Origin: a phage
Direction: 5' to 3' (one strand)
Sequence record: PX104378.1
Length of the DNA stretch: 64,000 nt
Below are positions 39,940 through 47,627 of this stretch, in pieces; position 1 is the first letter of the stretch, and each line of letters opens with the position of its first letter. Position numbers and translations under genes: made by a program. Below the pieces are notes generated by a model. It made no database searches and was not told the origin of the DNA. It was given only the letters and a program-made list of their open reading frames with translations.

Positions 39940-40204
39940 AATTGTTAACTACCTTATCAGCTTCTTTTATTGTTTTTACATCAACTGCGATAATCCGTAA
40001 AGGTTCGTCGAAGGTCCACCAATGATCGTGATTATCAGCTTGTGATTTATCACCAAAGGAATCACGAATATCATTTTTACATTTATAGCTAATGTGACCT
40101 TCATAGTCAACATAAAGGTAATTATCAAAAATCGGCGTTTTTAAGATCATACCGAAAAATCTTTCTTTGTGTGTCTTATCCAGCGTTGCAGTAATTCGCA
40201 TCAT
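39926..40204 (-). CDS. HxHxHW-family small protein (paralog 4)
   Basis: 92 aa; NYLYVDYEGH ... DNHDHWW ... IIAVDV. Confidence 0.65.
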   Translation of the reverse strand: MMRITATLDKTHKERFFGMILKTPIFDNYLYVDYEGHISYKCKNDIRDSFGDKSQADNHDHWWTFDEPLRIIAVDVKTIKEADKVVNNYEQI

Positions 40205-40216
40205 AATATATTCCTC

Positions 40217-40396
40217 TTAGAAAGGGATGGTCATTTCTTGAGCTTGTACATTCTCGTTAGGATTAAACTTCATCCAACCGATATTGTCTACCAGCATATG
40301 CACATTTTTATCATATCCTACGTGAGTAGTCAATACTGTATGTGCTTTACCTTCAACGATGATTTCCATGTACTTCTGAACTTCGATAGCTTTCAT
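40217..40396 (-). CDS. Small early protein (59 aa), not in ORF table
   Basis: ATG with SD downstream of promoter-like cassette; MKAIEVQKYMEIIVEGKAHTVLTTHVGYDKNVHMLVDNIGWMKFNPNENVQAQEMTIPF. Confidence 0.5.
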   Translation of the reverse strand: MKAIEVQKYMEIIVEGKAHTVLTTHVGYDKNVHMLVDNIGWMKFNPNENVQAQEMTIPF

Positions 40397-40428
40397 TTTG
40401 ATTCTCCGTTTGTTGTCTTGATGGGAGT

Positions 40429-40457
40429 ATCTTACTACTCCCTTTAATCATTGTCAA
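40429..40457 (-). promoter_or_regulatory. Promoter-like cassette P7 (TTGACA, weak -10 TAAGAT, palindromic spacer)
   Basis: Upstream of 40217..40396; degenerate -10. Confidence 0.4.
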
Positions 40458-40460
40458 CGA

Positions 40461-40628
40461 TTATTTGTTAATTTCCGGTGCGTTGCTTGGATAGTAACCT
40501 TCTTTAACACCCAGATATTTTGCAACCATTCCGGTGATCTTCTGTGCTACTACGATATCGAATTTCAGGTAGTCTTCACCGTGGTTTGCTACAATGTATG
40601 CTTCGCATTCTGCTTTAGTCTGGAACAT
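40461..40628 (-). CDS. Small early protein (55 aa), copy B of duplicated gene
   Basis: Start trimmed to MFQTKAECEAY (table start lies inside the promoter); near-identical to 37199..37366. Confidence 0.6.
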   Translation of the reverse strand: MFQTKAECEAYIVANHGEDYLKFDIVVAQKITGMVAKYLGVKEGYYPSNAPEINK

Positions 40629-40662
40629 TTTTGATTCTCCTATATCTCGTTGGTATGTGTGC

Positions 40663-40692
40663 ATTATAGGGGATCGGTGACCCCCCTGTCAA
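40663..40692 (-). promoter_or_regulatory. Early promoter cassette P8 (TTGACA-N18-TATAAT, GC-rich spacer)
   Basis: Upstream of 40461..40628; conserved leader. Confidence 0.55.
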
Positions 40693-40699
40693 CAACTTT

Positions 40700-41002
40700 T
40701 TATTCTTCGTCTTTATCTTTATATGCGTATTTCATAAATTTGTCTGCCACTTCGTCCGCGTTTTCAGGTTCTACGTCTGACGCTAGGACAACAGCTAGTT
40801 CGGTTTTGTCGTTTCCATCATACCAATGATTATGAGTGTCGTTTTCTTCGATATAAAACGAATCATTTGGATATGGGCGACAATATACGTCTAAATTCCC
40901 ATCGATATAAAAGATCCAATCCGAATACAAAATGATTGTTTTAGCCAGATTTTTATTGTCTCTTACAAAAGGTTCCGCGACAAATAGCTTAGTTTGTTCC
41001 AT
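40700..41002 (-). CDS. HxHxHW-family small protein (paralog 5)
   Basis: Start trimmed to ATG after SD GAGGAG (MEQTKLF); IFYIDGNLDV ... DTHNHWY ... VVLASDV. Confidence 0.6.
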   Translation of the reverse strand: MEQTKLFVAEPFVRDNKNLAKTIILYSDWIFYIDGNLDVYCRPYPNDSFYIEENDTHNHWYDGNDKTELAVVLASDVEPENADEVADKFMKYAYKDKDEE

Positions 41003-41018
41003 AGTAATCTCCTCAAAA

Positions 41019-41210
41019 TTATACAACTTCGTAAACTTCCCAATGTCCAACACCGGAACGCTTAACGAAAAGGTTTTCTTTGATGTTATTCATAAACGTC
41101 TGGATGGATTTAATGCGGTTGGAAGGTTTCCAGTCTTCGTTGGCATTGCGGCGATACATAATAACATTACCAGTTCTCTTATATTCAGCAACCATTTTAA
41201 GACCACACAT
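41019..41210 (-). CDS. Small hypothetical protein
   Basis: 63 aa; ATG with SD GAGGA. Confidence 0.45.
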   Translation of the reverse strand: MCGLKMVAEYKRTGNVIMYRRNANEDWKPSNRIKSIQTFMNNIKENLFVKRSGVGHWEVYEVV

Positions 41211-41267
41211 AATATTATCCTCAATTTATGGGAGAGTATTACCCCTCCCAATGATTGTTATATTACA

Positions 41268-41588
41268 TCACACAAAATGGCGTTTCAATGCTTCTTTTGC
41301 GGTTCCGCTAAGACTTTCGATCTCGCCTGGCATAACATCAACTGCCAGAACTTCTACAACATCCTCTGACCCCAACCAGTGAGTATGACCTTTGTAGAAC
41401 TTGATAACCAGACTACCTTCCTCATCCCATTTAACGCTATCGCTAGCCCACCACACATCACCGTCGATAAAGTTGATGTAAAGCACACTACGCCACATTG
41501 AATTAATTACTTTCAATACTGCGCCTTTCATATCTTCCACGGTGTGGTCTTCCATTTTGAAGACCTCGCCTACCTGAACTTTTGCCAT
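41268..41588 (-). CDS. HxHxHW-family small protein (paralog 6)
   Basis: 106 aa; LYINFIDGDV ... GHTHWL ... VLAVDV; ATG with SD AGGTGA. Confidence 0.65.
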   Translation of the reverse strand: MAKVQVGEVFKMEDHTVEDMKGAVLKVINSMWRSVLYINFIDGDVWWASDSVKWDEEGSLVIKFYKGHTHWLGSEDVVEVLAVDVMPGEIESLSGTAKEALKRHFV

Positions 41589-41605
41589 TTAGTCACCTCT
41601 CTTTA

Positions 41606-41785
41606 TTACATAACAATCACGCCAGCCGTTGAAAGTTGATGTTTCAACTGAGCATTTTCTGCTACTGTCAAATCAATGATTTCTTGTGACGCTGCAATCA
41701 TATAACCATTGGTGATATTGTTTTGCATCAGTTCAATGGTTTCTTCGTTGTAGCGGATTTTAGCGATGATTTCGTTGAAGTTCAT
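41606..41785 (-). CDS. Small early protein (59 aa), not in ORF table
   Basis: ATG with SD downstream of promoter cassette; MNFNEIIAKIRYNEETIELMQNNITNGYMIAASQEIIDLTVAENAQLKHQLSTAGVIVM. Confidence 0.5.
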   Translation of the reverse strand: MNFNEIIAKIRYNEETIELMQNNITNGYMIAASQEIIDLTVAENAQLKHQLSTAGVIVM

Positions 41786-41819
41786 GTTTGATTCTCCTAG
41801 TTCGTTTCGGTATGTGTGT

Positions 41820-41848
41820 AGTATAGGGGATCACCGATCCCCTGTCAA
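41820..41848 (-). promoter_or_regulatory. Early promoter cassette P9 (TTGACA-N17-TATACT, palindromic spacer)
   Basis: Upstream of 41606..41785; conserved leader. Confidence 0.55.
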
Positions 41849-41861
41849 CAACTTTTTTGAA

Positions 41862-42338
41862 TTATTTTTCTTGATGCTCGCGCTCGTACTTTTCGAAATA
41901 AAATTCTACTGGCTGGTCGTGGATTGACAGTAAGCCAAAGCGTTTAGCCGCTCGCAACCCCATATTGCGCTGAATGTACTTCTGGAAGTTCTCGCGTATA
42001 CACTTACGCCAGTATTCTAAGCCCATACAGCTTTTATAAAGATTGCATTGCACACACGCCGGATTCATGTTATCAAGTATATCATGCTCCGGTTTATGCA
42101 TTCCTACAACCTTATACTTCCACGATCCATCATCATTACGGGCAATTCGTCCATTTTCATCATAGACTACTTTTGAGCGTCGTAATACTGGTTTGATGTG
42201 GTCTGCGTGCCAGCGATCCCCTAGTTCCTCGCCACAATAGGCACAACGTCCACCATATTTCATTTTCAGGATCTGGCGTTGCTCTTTCTTTGACAATTTT
42301 TTAGGTTTAGGGGCTTTCGCCCCTTCATTATCACACAT
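41862..42338 (-). CDS. HNH endonuclease
   Basis: 158 aa; CAYCGEEL ... HADHIKPV ... CVQCNLYK; 8-nt overlap with DNA ligase stop. Confidence 0.75.
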   Translation of the reverse strand: MCDNEGAKAPKPKKLSKKEQRQILKMKYGGRCAYCGEELGDRWHADHIKPVLRRSKVVYDENGRIARNDDGSWKYKVVGMHKPEHDILDNMNPACVQCNLYKSCMGLEYWRKCIRENFQKYIQRNMGLRAAKRFGLLSIHDQPVEFYFEKYEREHQEK

Positions 42339-43833
42339 CGAATACCTCTTTTACTGTATTTGCAGTGGTCTTGTCGTAGCGAATACGTTTGATGATCGGG
42401 AGAAATAAAGAGAACTCCGGTTCATCTTCTTTACGTGATTTGCTGCGGATATACCCGTTGCATGTCATCTCAATGACTTTTCCAATCAGGTTATGACGGT
42501 CAGCCCATAACATTTCTCGGTCAAGTTCATTTCGACGATCGAACGGAATTACACGTTCGATACCATCATCACCTTTTTCGGTTGTAGTGTCGGTTAATCC
42601 CGATCCGGTGTTAGTCATCATTCGTCCACACGCACTACGGACAGTAAAACCGCCTACCTTATTGGGGTCTTTACTATGCGGATATACATCAACAATTTCC
42701 GCGTCGAAGTCAATCACTTCTTTAAATTTAACCTGATCTTTACTACGGCGATCTTCAAATACACCATGCAGATTTTTAAGGATAATACCTTCTAAGCCCA
42801 TGTTTACATAGCGATGATATACTTCGCGAGCTTCATCGATATTGTTAACTACAGTATTTTCGATTATCTGAACACGAGGATCGTTAAGTTCTTCAACAAT
42901 CTGTTTTAGTTCTTCGAATCGATCTTTATATTGCTTCGTTGCTCTCTCGTTTCCGTAATACACATCACGGTCGATAACATCCCAGACAGTGTAAACAATA
43001 CATTGGGCTTCTTCTTTTGGAATAGTTCCTTTCAGTGATTTGTTGAGGATACCATTTCCGGTCTGACGATCCGCAACAACGGATTCTTTTACTGCTTCCG
43101 CTACTGGCGTTAATGGTATTTCCTCTTCTTCAAATATCCATGACAGAGTACCATCATAAACGCTCTCAACGAAGTTCTGCGCTGGTGTTTGCGAAAGGGT
43201 AGGCATATATACCAATTCGCCATCTAGAACAATTCCACGGCCTCGTAGACGCTCTAAAACAGAAAACAAATCATCCAGCCCCTGGTAGGTATTACCTGAA
43301 CGGGTATAGATTGCTAATGTTTCCCCGTCAATATCAGCCATACCACGAGCGCCATCACTTTTAAGCTGTGCATATGCCGGATATTTGATATTAGCAATAG
43401 CCTTATCAGAATATGACGATGCAAGGTGGCATGGTTGCTGGGGGATCAGTTTCTTCCATACCTTGTTTGCAGTGGTAGCGGAACAACCGCATTCCAGATC
43501 ACGATTCAGGACCATCATTGCAACTTTAGCATCATCTTCTGACAAGCAAGTCAGAGTATCGGTAACTAGCTGTAATGCTGCATTACCAGTTACTTGACGC
43601 GTGGCAAGTTTATTTTTAAAGACCTGCAATGCACCGGATAAAGACAATACAGACGAATAGCGCGATGGTTTATCGTATTTCTTTACGCCAAACGTAACCT
43701 GTTTGCAATATGCCAGATAAAAGCATTCTTTCAGCGTTTCATTGCTTGCAGATTCTTTCAGGATCTTTTCTTTCAGCGATGTTTTGTCGGTCGCTGCAAG
43801 CTGGTTAATGATATTAAGAATTGACATTTTCAC
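42331..43833 (-). CDS. 30: ATP-dependent DNA ligase (gp30-like)
   Basis: 500 aa vs T4 487 aa; adenylation motif KSDGAR (KxDGxR); N-terminus colinear with T4 gp30 as recalled. Confidence 0.9.
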   Translation of the reverse strand: MKMSILNIINQLAATDKTSLKEKILKESASNETLKECFYLAYCKQVTFGVKKYDKPSRYSSVLSLSGALQVFKNKLATRQVTGNAALQLVTDTLTCLSEDDAKVAMMVLNRDLECGCSATTANKVWKKLIPQQPCHLASSYSDKAIANIKYPAYAQLKSDGARGMADIDGETLAIYTRSGNTYQGLDDLFSVLERLRGRGIVLDGELVYMPTLSQTPAQNFVESVYDGTLSWIFEEEEIPLTPVAEAVKESVVADRQTGNGILNKSLKGTIPKEEAQCIVYTVWDVIDRDVYYGNERATKQYKDRFEELKQIVEELNDPRVQIIENTVVNNIDEAREVYHRYVNMGLEGIILKNLHGVFEDRRSKDQVKFKEVIDFDAEIVDVYPHSKDPNKVGGFTVRSACGRMMTNTGSGLTDTTTEKGDDGIERVIPFDRRNELDREMLWADRHNLIGKVIEMTCNGYIRSKSRKEDEPEFSLFLPIIKRIRYDKTTANTVKEVFDV

Positions 43834-44293
43834 CTCGTTTTGTTAAACGTTCACGAATATCATTGAGGATACTACAAAATTCCGATTCGGTCAATATGGT
43901 CTTTAACGGATCAGTTCCACCTATGCTATGACGCAATTTCTTATTTCCGGTAGCGAGTAATGCTTTACAAAATTCTGGGTTATTCCGTGCCATCGTAACA
44001 AATGCCAGATGTACCAGTCTGTAATAATGCTCACTCATTCTATGAATCGGGCGACCCTGAAAATATAGCATGTGATTCTCTATCTTTTCAGCCCTTCCGG
44101 TTCTTTTTGCTTTGCCACCGTGCATCAAAAAGATTTCTCTTTGTCTCTGAGGGTTCTTAAATCTTAGCCCCTGTAAAAATCCTTCTGTGCTGTTAATATC
44201 GCAACCAAATAGACGGAATGGTCTTTTATTGAAATTACTCAATTCACCCGATGGATAAGGTCCACCCGCATAGATATCAATTTCAGAAGTCAT
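43814..44293 (-). CDS. NADAR (YbiA-like) domain protein
   Basis: 159 aa; GELSNF..PF..G..FLQGLRF pattern typical of NADAR/DUF1768 N-glycosidase fold. Confidence 0.6.
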   Translation of the reverse strand: MTSEIDIYAGGPYPSGELSNFNKRPFRLFGCDINSTEGFLQGLRFKNPQRQREIFLMHGGKAKRTGRAEKIENHMLYFQGRPIHRMSEHYYRLVHLAFVTMARNNPEFCKALLATGNKKLRHSIGGTDPLKTILTESEFCSILNDIRERLTKRGENVNS

Positions 44294-44447
44294 TGAAACT
44301 AATCTCGCTAATCATAGAGAACGGATCATAATCGTCATGAGGAATATCGATAGTAATCGAATGAGGATTTACCCATACACCAAACTGGTCTTCTTCGGTG
44401 AATACTTCGGTATGGATTTCGTGGATGTTTACATTCATAGTTTTCAT
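44283..44447 (-). CDS. Small hypothetical protein (54 aa), not in ORF table
   Basis: ATG with SD AAGGA; overlaps NADAR start by about 11 nt; MKTMNVNIHEIHTEVFTEEDQFGVWVNPHS... Confidence 0.4.
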   Translation of the reverse strand: MKTMNVNIHEIHTEVFTEEDQFGVWVNPHSITIDIPHDDYDPFSMISEISFNDF

Positions 44448-44529
44448 AATAAAATTCCTTAATAATCAATAACTTACAAAATCATATAGCCAAAATATAG
44501 GCGGGATTATTTCCCGCCGTTTAAAATCA

Positions 44530-44853
44530 TTAACCGTAAACTACCACAATATTCTGTTTGTGCGTTACAGTCCATTTCAGGTCGATCTCTTCTTCCTTCT
44601 TAACGCCGTTAATAACGTCTGGATGAGGAACTTTATTCATCTTGCCATGTGGCAGTAGAACAATTTTACCCAGCAATTCTTTATCTACAGTTTCACCAAT
44701 ATCAATAATCTTACCTACCAGCGGAATCTCGCCCATAGTGCGCTTTTGCTCAATAATGATCCCCATAGAGCTTTTTACTTCGGTCCCTGCGCTTTCTGCT
44801 TTAGCTTCGATAATTACATAATCACCAAGTGCTTTAGGAGTTTTAACGGTCAT
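44530..44853 (-). CDS. 31: Co-chaperonin GroES-like (gp31-like)
   Basis: 107 aa vs T4 gp31 111 aa; GroES-like length and position next to cd. Confidence 0.75.
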   Translation of the reverse strand: MTVKTPKALGDYVIIEAKAESAGTEVKSSMGIIIEQKRTMGEIPLVGKIIDIGETVDKELLGKIVLLPHGKMNKVPHPDVINGVKKEEEIDLKWTVTHKQNIVVVYG

Positions 44854-44894
44854 AATTTTATTACCTCTTCAAATCAATACAGTTTAATGATGAA

Positions 44895-45209
44895 TTATTT
44901 ATAAATTTCGACGATCTGCGCTGGAGTCAGCCCGTCTACATTAATCAGACTATCAAGCCCAAAACTACGGAAACCTTCAACTGCAATTTCATATACTGGC
45001 AAAGATGTTTCTGATTCTTTACGCGGTTTTTCAACATTCGGAACTAACCACTTTTCGTATGTTTCAAACGGCATCAGTGCCGGATCTCTCGTAGCGATCA
45101 TCTCGCGGACAGTACCATCTTTCTTAGTAAACTGCAAAGAGTGAGTACCGACCGAAAACATTTTCTTTAGTGCTTCACGAAGTGCGATATTATCAATTTG
45201 TTCGGTCAT
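44895..45209 (-). CDS. Hypothetical protein
   Basis: Start trimmed to ATG (MTEQI; table start is TTG). Confidence 0.5.
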   Translation of the reverse strand: MTEQIDNIALREALKKMFSVGTHSLQFTKKDGTVREMIATRDPALMPFETYEKWLVPNVEKPRKESETSLPVYEIAVEGFRSFGLDSLINVDGLTPAQIVEIYK

Positions 45210-45708
45210 TATCAATACCCTTCAAATCAGTCAATAATGCTTTTGGAATACGCGTGATCGTAATATCTGCATTATTAAGAATATCAGCCCAATCACGCCC
45301 ACCATTTCGATCATATGTGTCGCAATAGTATAGATGTTTAATTCCACTGTTTGCAATTGCTTTAGCGCAATCTGGACACGGTGAAGCAGTACACCACATA
45401 CTAGCACCTTCAATCGATACACCGCTACGGGCAGCAAACAAAATAGCATTTAATTCAGCATGGATCTCGTTTTTCTGTGACCATGCACTATGTTCTGGTC
45501 GTTTTTCTGGGATCATTTTGCCGTCATCATCCAGCCAACCGCTTTTATGTGCATGACAGCTACAATTTACTTGCCCTGCTGGAGTGCCGTTAAATCCAGT
45601 AGAAATGATTCGCCCGTCTTTTTCAATTAGTGCGCCTACCTTCCACGAAACGCATTTAGAGTTCTTTGCGATTAGATAGGCGATCTGCATGTAAGTTTGT
45701 GACAACAT
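45193..45708 (-). CDS. cd: dCMP deaminase
   Basis: 171 aa; zinc-binding HAE (EIHAELNAI) and PCxxC (SPCPDCAKAI); N-terminus QIAYLIAKNSKC..SWKVGALIEK matches T4 Cd as recalled. Confidence 0.92.
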   Translation of the reverse strand: MLSQTYMQIAYLIAKNSKCVSWKVGALIEKDGRIISTGFNGTPAGQVNCSCHAHKSGWLDDDGKMIPEKRPEHSAWSQKNEIHAELNAILFAARSGVSIEGASMWCTASPCPDCAKAIANSGIKHLYYCDTYDRNGGRDWADILNNADITITRIPKALLTDLKGIDNDRTN

Positions 45709-45729
45709 AATATAATCCTCACATATTAA

Positions 45730-45933
45730 TTAACCGTATACGCGAAAGTATTCTACTGATCCGTCGCTATACTGTTTTACATTGAATGTATTCACACCAT
45801 GATCATTGCTCATAATGACATATACACTACGACGCTCATCACCAAACGGGTTAACTGGTGCGGGTTCAATTTCAACATTAAAACCACGTTTAGCAAGTGC
45901 TTCGCCTAATTGCTTGAGTTTATCGGTAAACAT
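45730..45933 (-). CDS. Small hypothetical protein
   Basis: 67 aa ORF, ATG; 1-nt overlap with pseT stop. Confidence 0.5.
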   Translation of the reverse strand: MFTDKLKQLGEALAKRGFNVEIEPAPVNPFGDERRSVYVIMSNDHGVNTFNVKQYSDGSVEYFRVYG

Positions 45934-46811
45934 TAAAAGTCTCCGTAGTTAACCTGAAAACATTCTACACCAATTGATCGGTACATGTCAACCACTTGAT
46001 CACGGTCATCTACTGCCAACACAACATGATAACGCGGTGCAATTTCAGAGAAGAAAATCTCTTTCTTCACTTCATGATCAGGACGACGATCATTAGTTTC
46101 ACGTTGAAAGTGATCACTAGGTTCGATACCTTGTTCACGCAACCATTGCAGCGTATCTTCCTCGCAAACATCCTCACGTCCTGAGCACGTAATGATACGA
46201 TAGCCATTATCACGATACAGTTTAAGCATTTCGATCACTTGCGGACGCGGTTTATCTTCTTTGACCTTTGTCCAGTCAAACGGATGACGACCGCCCTTAT
46301 CCGCTAATGTTCCATCAATATCAAAGATCACTGCCTTCGGCAGCATGGTATTCGGTTTGTATACTTCTTGACCCATATATTCCTGCATCAGATAAAATTG
46401 GTTACGCAAATGAGAAAGTGGAATTGCTTTCTCGCCGCGATAGAAATTACGTTTCTTTAGTGTCTCAAATGATTCATTGAACACTTGTTCAGTATACACC
46501 GCGTTAAATTCTTTTGCAAGTTCTTTGTAGAATACACGATGTTTTTCTTTCAGGTTGGTATCGGAGATAATGATACTCAATCCGCGTGATAGAGTCTCAC
46601 GAGCAATCATTCTCTGAATAGACTCTACCAGCTTTTCTTTTTCCTTAGTATACTTGTATTTCAAAAGTGAGTCAACACCAAACAACATAAGACGAAGATC
46701 ATCGCGATTCACATTACGATAATTACTAAACCGTTTACATGTTTCCATAGCCCATGTAGTTTTACCGGACCCAGAACAACCAACGGTTAAAATCACTTCA
46801 CATTTCGGCAT
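45933..46811 (-). CDS. pseT: Polynucleotide 5'-kinase/3'-phosphatase
   Basis: Start trimmed to ATG (MPKCEV) with SD; P-loop GCSGSGKTTWA; HAD phosphatase motif VIFDIDGTLA; C-terminus GVECFQVNYGDF as in T4 PseT as recalled. Confidence 0.92.
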   Translation of the reverse strand: MPKCEVILTVGCSGSGKTTWAMETCKRFSNYRNVNRDDLRLMLFGVDSLLKYKYTKEKEKLVESIQRMIARETLSRGLSIIISDTNLKEKHRVFYKELAKEFNAVYTEQVFNESFETLKKRNFYRGEKAIPLSHLRNQFYLMQEYMGQEVYKPNTMLPKAVIFDIDGTLADKGGRHPFDWTKVKEDKPRPQVIEMLKLYRDNGYRIITCSGREDVCEEDTLQWLREQGIEPSDHFQRETNDRRPDHEVKKEIFFSEIAPRYHVVLAVDDRDQVVDMYRSIGVECFQVNYGDF

Positions 46812-47263
46812 TATTTCTCCTTCGGTTTGCACCGTTCCTCATTAAGTTCTTTGCGATAATAACACATGATCAACTTACTTTCAAGTGTATATCTCTTAAT
46901 ATCCGCAAGCCAGACTCTGAATTTTTGGGAGTCCTCCCACGACATAGAAACTCTAGGTTTACCGTCTATTGTATCCACTTTCAGGTTAATGTCAACTTTT
47001 TCTATTGGTGCTGGTAGTGGAGGATGTAATTTCGGTTCCTGTGAATAATGGTCCATTGTACACGAAGAAAGAGCAAATACAATAGGCACAGCGAAGACAT
47101 GGATTATGGCGGTCTGAAAATTCTTATGTGCTTTCTTAAACATCCAGTGTATCACGAAAATTGAAAACACCATAAGGATAATAATGCTTGCACCTATCCC
47201 CAGATAATCAACCAGATTAAAATTGCTTATCTGCTCTTGCGTAGGCAATATTTCTATGCTCAT
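46811..47263 (-). CDS. Membrane/lipoprotein, probable o-spanin (possible internal start near 47143)
   Basis: Hydrophobic segment then lipobox-like ALSSC; ATGA coupling with upstream i-spanin candidate; T4 has pseT.3/pseT.2 spanins at this position. Confidence 0.45.
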   Translation of the reverse strand: MSIEILPTQEQISNFNLVDYLGIGASIIILMVFSIFVIHWMFKKAHKNFQTAIIHVFAVPIVFALSSCTMDHYSQEPKLHPPLPAPIEKVDINLKVDTIDGKPRVSMSWEDSQKFRVWLADIKRYTLESKLIMCYYRKELNEERCKPKEK

Positions 47264-47583
47264 TTAGTAGCCTCCTTTAATTCTTCGGTAAACTCCTTAA
47301 ATGAATCATTAAGCTGTTTCTCTACCAACTTGGGTTTTTGTGCTACTACATAGCCTCGTGTAGCGTCTTTCATTGCTTTGTTTTGTTCTTCGGCAAACTT
47401 AGTTCTTATTCCGTACATCTCCTTTTGTAGTGAGTCTACGACCTTCATCTTTTCATCTGTCTTTTTCTTATACTCTGTAAATTCCTGATTCAGTCGATCT
47501 ACCTCCTTTTTATTTTCCCACCACATATTGCCACCTATCCCCAACAACACAGATATGATAACAATGTATATCAGCTTTGACAT
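47260..47583 (-). CDS. Probable i-spanin (N-terminal TM plus coiled coil)
   Basis: Start trimmed to ATG (MSKLIYIVIISVLLGIGG) with SD GGGGG; charged helical C-terminal part. Confidence 0.5.
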   Translation of the reverse strand: MSKLIYIVIISVLLGIGGNMWWENKKEVDRLNQEFTEYKKKTDEKMKVVDSLQKEMYGIRTKFAEEQNKAMKDATRGYVVAQKPKLVEKQLNDSFKEFTEELKEATK

Positions 47584-47596
47584 ATTACCCCCAACG

Positions 47597-47621
47597 ACAA
47601 AAGGCGGGGAACTAGCCCCGC
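47597..47621 (-). terminator. Intrinsic terminator after rnlA
   Basis: Minus-strand hairpin GCGGGGC-TAGT-TCCCCGC followed by CTTTTG. Confidence 0.55.
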
Positions 47622-47627
47622 TTATTA

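Noticed and set aside
34800-41860. Repeated ~60-bp elements at semi-regular intervals, considered as a possible CRISPR array or mobile-element repeats
   Set aside because: Spacing is irregular (250-700 bp); intervening sequence encodes proteins with SD/ATG starts; the repeats contain TTGACA/TATAAT hexamers at promoter spacing and are degenerate rather than near-identical.
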